NCBI GenBank assembly: GCA_934190785.1
Contig: CAKPTA010000001.1
Coordinates: 111,540-175,539, forward strand
DNA: 64,000 nt
DNA from: an uncultured Bacilli bacterium
Lineage (GTDB): Bacteria > Bacillota_I > Bacilli_A > RF39 > UBA660
Reading direction: 5' to 3'
Below are positions 60,388 to 64,000 of the stretch, in pieces (positions within the stretch are counted from its first letter, which is position 1; every line of letters starts with the position of its first letter). The notes beneath the pieces were generated by a model. It saw only the letters and a list, made by a program, of their open reading frames with translations, had not been told where the DNA came from and made no database searches. The translations under genes and the position numbers were made by a program.

Positions 60388-61611
60388 ATGTTTTGTCCTG
60401 AATGTGGAACAAAAAATCTAGAAGATGCACAATATTGTGAAAATTGTGGTTCTAAGTTAGAAAACACAACTAGTCAAAATATTGTAAAAAAAGAAAGGAA
60501 ACCATTGAGTAAGAAAAGTAAAATTACAATAGGTTGTGCAACTATTATTTTAGTTATTTTAGTTGTTTGTTATTCTATTTTGAGTAGTTTAACTAGCCCA
60601 AGTAAGGTTGCTATAAATTACTTTAAGGCTGTAACTAGTTATGATGCTGATAAAATATATAGTTACATGGATGTTAGCACAGGTGATTTTACAACCAAAG
60701 ATATGTTTAAGAAAGTTTTAAATAATGAGCTTGAATCAAAAGATAAGACTGAGGTTGTTAATTATACAGTTGATAAAGAGACTATATCTTCAGATAAGAT
60801 GAGTGCAACAGTTACAGTTAAATATTTATTAAAAGATAAAAGTGATACTGAAACTATGGACATTAAGCTTGTGAAGGAAAAGAAGAACAAATGGCTTTTA
60901 TTTGATAATTGGAAAATTAACAATAAATCTACATCTGTAGTAAAAGATTACAATATTAAAGTTCTAAAGAATTCAAAAGTTAAAGTAGAAGGAAAAACTT
61001 TAGATAGTAAATATTTAGATAAAAAGAAATCTACAGATTCAATGGATGTTTATGTTATACCAGCAATGTTTAATTCAAGCTATAAATTTGAAGTAGAATT
61101 ACCTATTGGTATAAAGTTAGAAGATACAGTAAAAGTAAGTAGTTATTCTTCTTATATAAGTAGTTTATCTTTGAATGATTTATCTGATGAAACAAAAAAC
61201 ACTTTAAGTGATGCAGTTAAAACAAGCTTACAAACATTATATGATGGTGTTAAAGATAAAAAATCATTTGATGATATTAAAAAGACATTTGAATATAAGA
61301 ATGCTGATTTATCTGATTTAAAGAGTGATTATGAAGCATTACTTTCTAATATAGGTAATGATTATACGCTTGCAAGTATTACATTTAAAGAAATTAGTTT
61401 AAAAAGTTTGGATATTGATTCTGATGGTCACTTGGAAGTATATGTTAAAGCAAATTATGATTATTCAGTAACATATAATTCTGGAGAAGAATCTAAGACA
61501 AATAATAAGAGCGACTATGATTATGCTTATTTAACATTTGACTATGTAGATAGTAGTTATAAATTAATTGATACATCTAGTTTAAATACATATTTTTCAA
61601 AATATTTCTAA
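60388..61611 (+). CDS. zinc-ribbon plus single-TM protein with large extracytoplasmic domain
   Basis: CPECGT...CENCGS N-terminal zinc ribbon, then a TM segment. Confidence 0.45.
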   Translation: MFCPECGTKNLEDAQYCENCGSKLENTTSQNIVKKERKPLSKKSKITIGCATIILVILVVCYSILSSLTSPSKVAINYFKAVTSYDADKIYSYMDVSTGDFTTKDMFKKVLNNELESKDKTEVVNYTVDKETISSDKMSATVTVKYLLKDKSDTETMDIKLVKEKKNKWLLFDNWKINNKSTSVVKDYNIKVLKNSKVKVEGKTLDSKYLDKKKSTDSMDVYVIPAMFNSSYKFEVELPIGIKLEDTVKVSSYSSYISSLSLNDLSDETKNTLSDAVKTSLQTLYDGVKDKKSFDDIKKTFEYKNADLSDLKSDYEALLSNIGNDYTLASITFKEISLKSLDIDSDGHLEVYVKANYDYSVTYNSGEESKTNNKSDYDYAYLTFDYVDSSYKLIDTSSLNTYFSKYF

Positions 61612-61626
61612 GAGGAGGATTTTAAA

Positions 61627-62376
61627 ATGGCAAAGTTTTGTACAAAATGTGGTAAAGAACTTGTAGATGGAGTTTGTCCATCATGTGCAAGTAGTGAAAA
61701 AGAAACAGTAAGTGGAAGTGTTGATATTAAAGGAAGTTTAATGGAATGTGTAAATGTATTTAAAAAAATATTTACAAAACCATTTGATGCAATTAAAGAA
61801 TTTGTATCAGAAAATAAATTTATTGCTGGAATTATAATGGTTGTTATATCAGCATTATCAACTGGTATATATAAAATTGCAACTTTAAAGAATGTATATT
61901 CATCAAGTAAATCACTTGACTCATTTACATCTAGTGATTTTGCTGATATTTTGAATAGTGCTTTATCAGGTGGAAGTGTTAGTGCTAAACCAGAATATTT
62001 GAAAGAATTTATGACTTCTTTCGCTATGAATTTAGTTTTAAGTGCTTTAGTTATTATAATTGGTTACTTAATTGTTTCTAAATTATTTAAAGGAAAGACA
62101 TCAATAAAGGAAATGATTAATGTTGTTGCAGTTAGTTTAACAGTTATTGTTATGGCTAATTTAGTAAATTCGGTTTTGGTATTTATAGACGGTGAATTTA
62201 TTGCAAACTTAAGAGTATATATTAGTTCATTTGCAACAATTATGAGTACACTTGTTTTATATGGTGCTGTAAAAGAATCTGCTGATATAGATTCAAATAA
62301 ATTATTTGTAAGTGTTGCTTCTATGTCAGTTTTAGCTACTATTGCAATGGATTTAATTCAAAAGGTATTAAATTAA
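61627..62376 (+). CDS. zinc-ribbon polytopic membrane protein
   Basis: CTKCGK...CPSC ribbon, several TM helices. Terminator follows at 62377-62404. Confidence 0.45.
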   Translation: MAKFCTKCGKELVDGVCPSCASSEKETVSGSVDIKGSLMECVNVFKKIFTKPFDAIKEFVSENKFIAGIIMVVISALSTGIYKIATLKNVYSSSKSLDSFTSSDFADILNSALSGGSVSAKPEYLKEFMTSFAMNLVLSALVIIIGYLIVSKLFKGKTSIKEMINVVAVSLTVIVMANLVNSVLVFIDGEFIANLRVYISSFATIMSTLVLYGAVKESADIDSNKLFVSVASMSVLATIAMDLIQKVLN

Positions 62377-62497
62377 GAATTATCACTTGATAATTCTTTT
62401 TTATTAAGTTTTATGTATTATTTAATTTGTTTTGACGGCACTTAATTTTTCTGCTATAATGTATAGGTGATTTCATCTATTTGGAAAGGAGTTTATA

Positions 62498-64000
62498 TGA
62501 GTAAAATAAAAATATTTAGTTTAGGTGGTCTGAATGAAAATGGAAAAAACATGTATGTTGTTGAAGTTGATAAATCTATTTTTGTTTTAGATGCTGGGCT
62601 AAAGTACGCAGATGATAAAATGTTAGGAGTAGATTATATCATTCCTAATTATGATTATATTAAAGAAAATAAAAGTCGTGTTCGTGGTATTTTTGTATCG
62701 CATGGACATGATAGTCAAATGGGGGCTATTCCAGATATTGTAAAGGATATCCCTGATATTGATATATATGGAACGGATTTTACAATTGATATTATTAAAA
62801 ATGAGCTATTGGAAGAGAAGTTAAATATAGACCATTTACATGTTATTACACCTCATAAAAAAATTAATTTTGGGGCTGTTAGTATTTTTCCAGTATCGCT
62901 TACACATTCTGTACCAGGTGCTGTTGGTTATGCGATAAATACAAGTGATGGTGTTATTTTTTATACAGGAAACTTTGTGTTCGATCAAACTATGTCAGGA
63001 GCTTATAAAACTGATATTGGTAAGTTAGCGTATATCGGAAAACAAGGTGTTTTGTGTTTACTTAGTGAGTCTTTGTATGCTGATAAGAGAGGATATACTT
63101 CTCCTAATAATCGTATTGCTTCCATCGTAAGAGAAACATTGGATAAATTTGATGGTAGAATATTATTCAATATTTTTCAAGCTCAACTTTATCGTATTCA
63201 AGAGTTATTTACTGAAATTATGCATACTGATAGAAAAGTTGTAATTATGGGAAAAAGGCTTGAATCTATGATCATGCAAGCTATTGAAAAGGGATATGTA
63301 GATTTTGATAAAAAGAAAATAGTTGGGGTACGTCATATTAATGATGAAAATGTTGTTGTTTTAATTACTGATGAGAGAGAAAAACCTTTTTCTAATATTT
63401 CAAGAATAATTAAAGGGTATGATAAATTTGTAAAGATAAGTGATACAGATACTGTTGTTTTTGCTTCCCCTGTATATGATGGAATGGAGCGAAGTGCAAC
63501 AAAAGTATTTGATGAAATTGCTAAAATTGGTTCTGAATTAGTTATTTTGCCAACTAAAAAATATTTAGGTCATCATGCATCTAGTGAGGATTTAATGATG
63601 ATGATAAATTTAATGAATCCTAAATATTATATCCCTGTAATTGGTGAATATAGACATCAGGTGGCAAATGCTGAGACTGCTAAAAAAATGGGTCTTAATG
63701 ATGATAATATTATTTTAATGCTTAATGGTGATGTTGCATCATTTGAAGGTGGTAAGTTAGTATCAACAAATGAAAAAGTTAAGATAGATGAAATTCTTGT
63801 TGATGGTAAAACTGCTGGAGATATTGGAGAACTTGTATTAAAAGATAGGGAACTTTTAAGCGAAAATGGAGTTGTACTTATTAGTGCTACTTTAGATAAA
63901 TCATCTAAACAAATTCTTGCAGGACCTGAAATTTTAACAAGAGGTTTTATATATGTTCGTGATAATGTTGATATTATAAAGGAAGCAAGTAAAATAGCAC
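62498..64000 (+). CDS. rnj: ribonuclease J (partial, continues past window)
   Basis: MSKIKIFSLGGLNENGKNMYVVEV...VSHGHDSQMGAIP metallo-beta-lactamase/beta-CASP. Confidence 0.9.

Overview
This is a 64 kb chromosomal window from a low-GC, spore-forming Firmicute (Clostridia/Erysipelotrichia-like). It uses the standard genetic code. It is densely coding and dominated by housekeeping genes. I also found three tRNAs: Lys-CTT, Leu-TAG and Ile2/Met-CAT. No CRISPR array, rRNA, transposase or integrase was found. Accessory islands sit inside the conserved blocks, and the most interesting are:
- **Gp49/HigB-like fusion pair:** a two-gene operon whose first protein ends in a Gp49/HigB (RelE-superfamily) toxin-like domain fused to an unknown N-terminal domain. 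It is translationally coupled to a 573-aa partner with no recognisable antitoxin fold.
- **Pilin-FGE island:** an 874-aa orphan protein, an overlapping cold-shock-like mini-ORF, and a monocistronic gene encoding a type-IV-prepilin leader fused to a formylglycine-generating-enzyme (FGE/SUMF1) domain. The promoter spacer of that gene contains a G9 homopolymer inside a palindrome, so it is a candidate phase-variation switch. The 3' end of the gene is anomalously GC-rich.
- **HExxH paralogs:** three paralogous HExxH...E gluzincin-like proteins.
- **Other oddities:** a membrane-anchored MurF; a short AlaRS lacking the C-Ala domain; a membrane lytic transglycosylase interrupted by one in-frame TAA; an extra gene with an internal 51-bp tandem repeat between rpsO and pnp; an orphan mutL.

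Housekeeping genes by function:
- **Ribosomal proteins:** rpsP 3' end, rpsO, rplU-prp-rpmA.
- **tRNA synthetases:** alaS, proS (archaeal type), cysS.
- **tRNA modification:** miaA, miaB, truB, and the trmR/U32 ho5U module.
- **Cell wall and shape:** murF-ddl, mltG, mreCD.
- **Sporulation-related:** a SigE/K-type sigma factor, spoIVFA/spoIVFB-like genes, CotF-like coat genes.
- **DNA repair:** uvrC, mutL.
- **Other:** pnp, obg, greA, tig, rnj.
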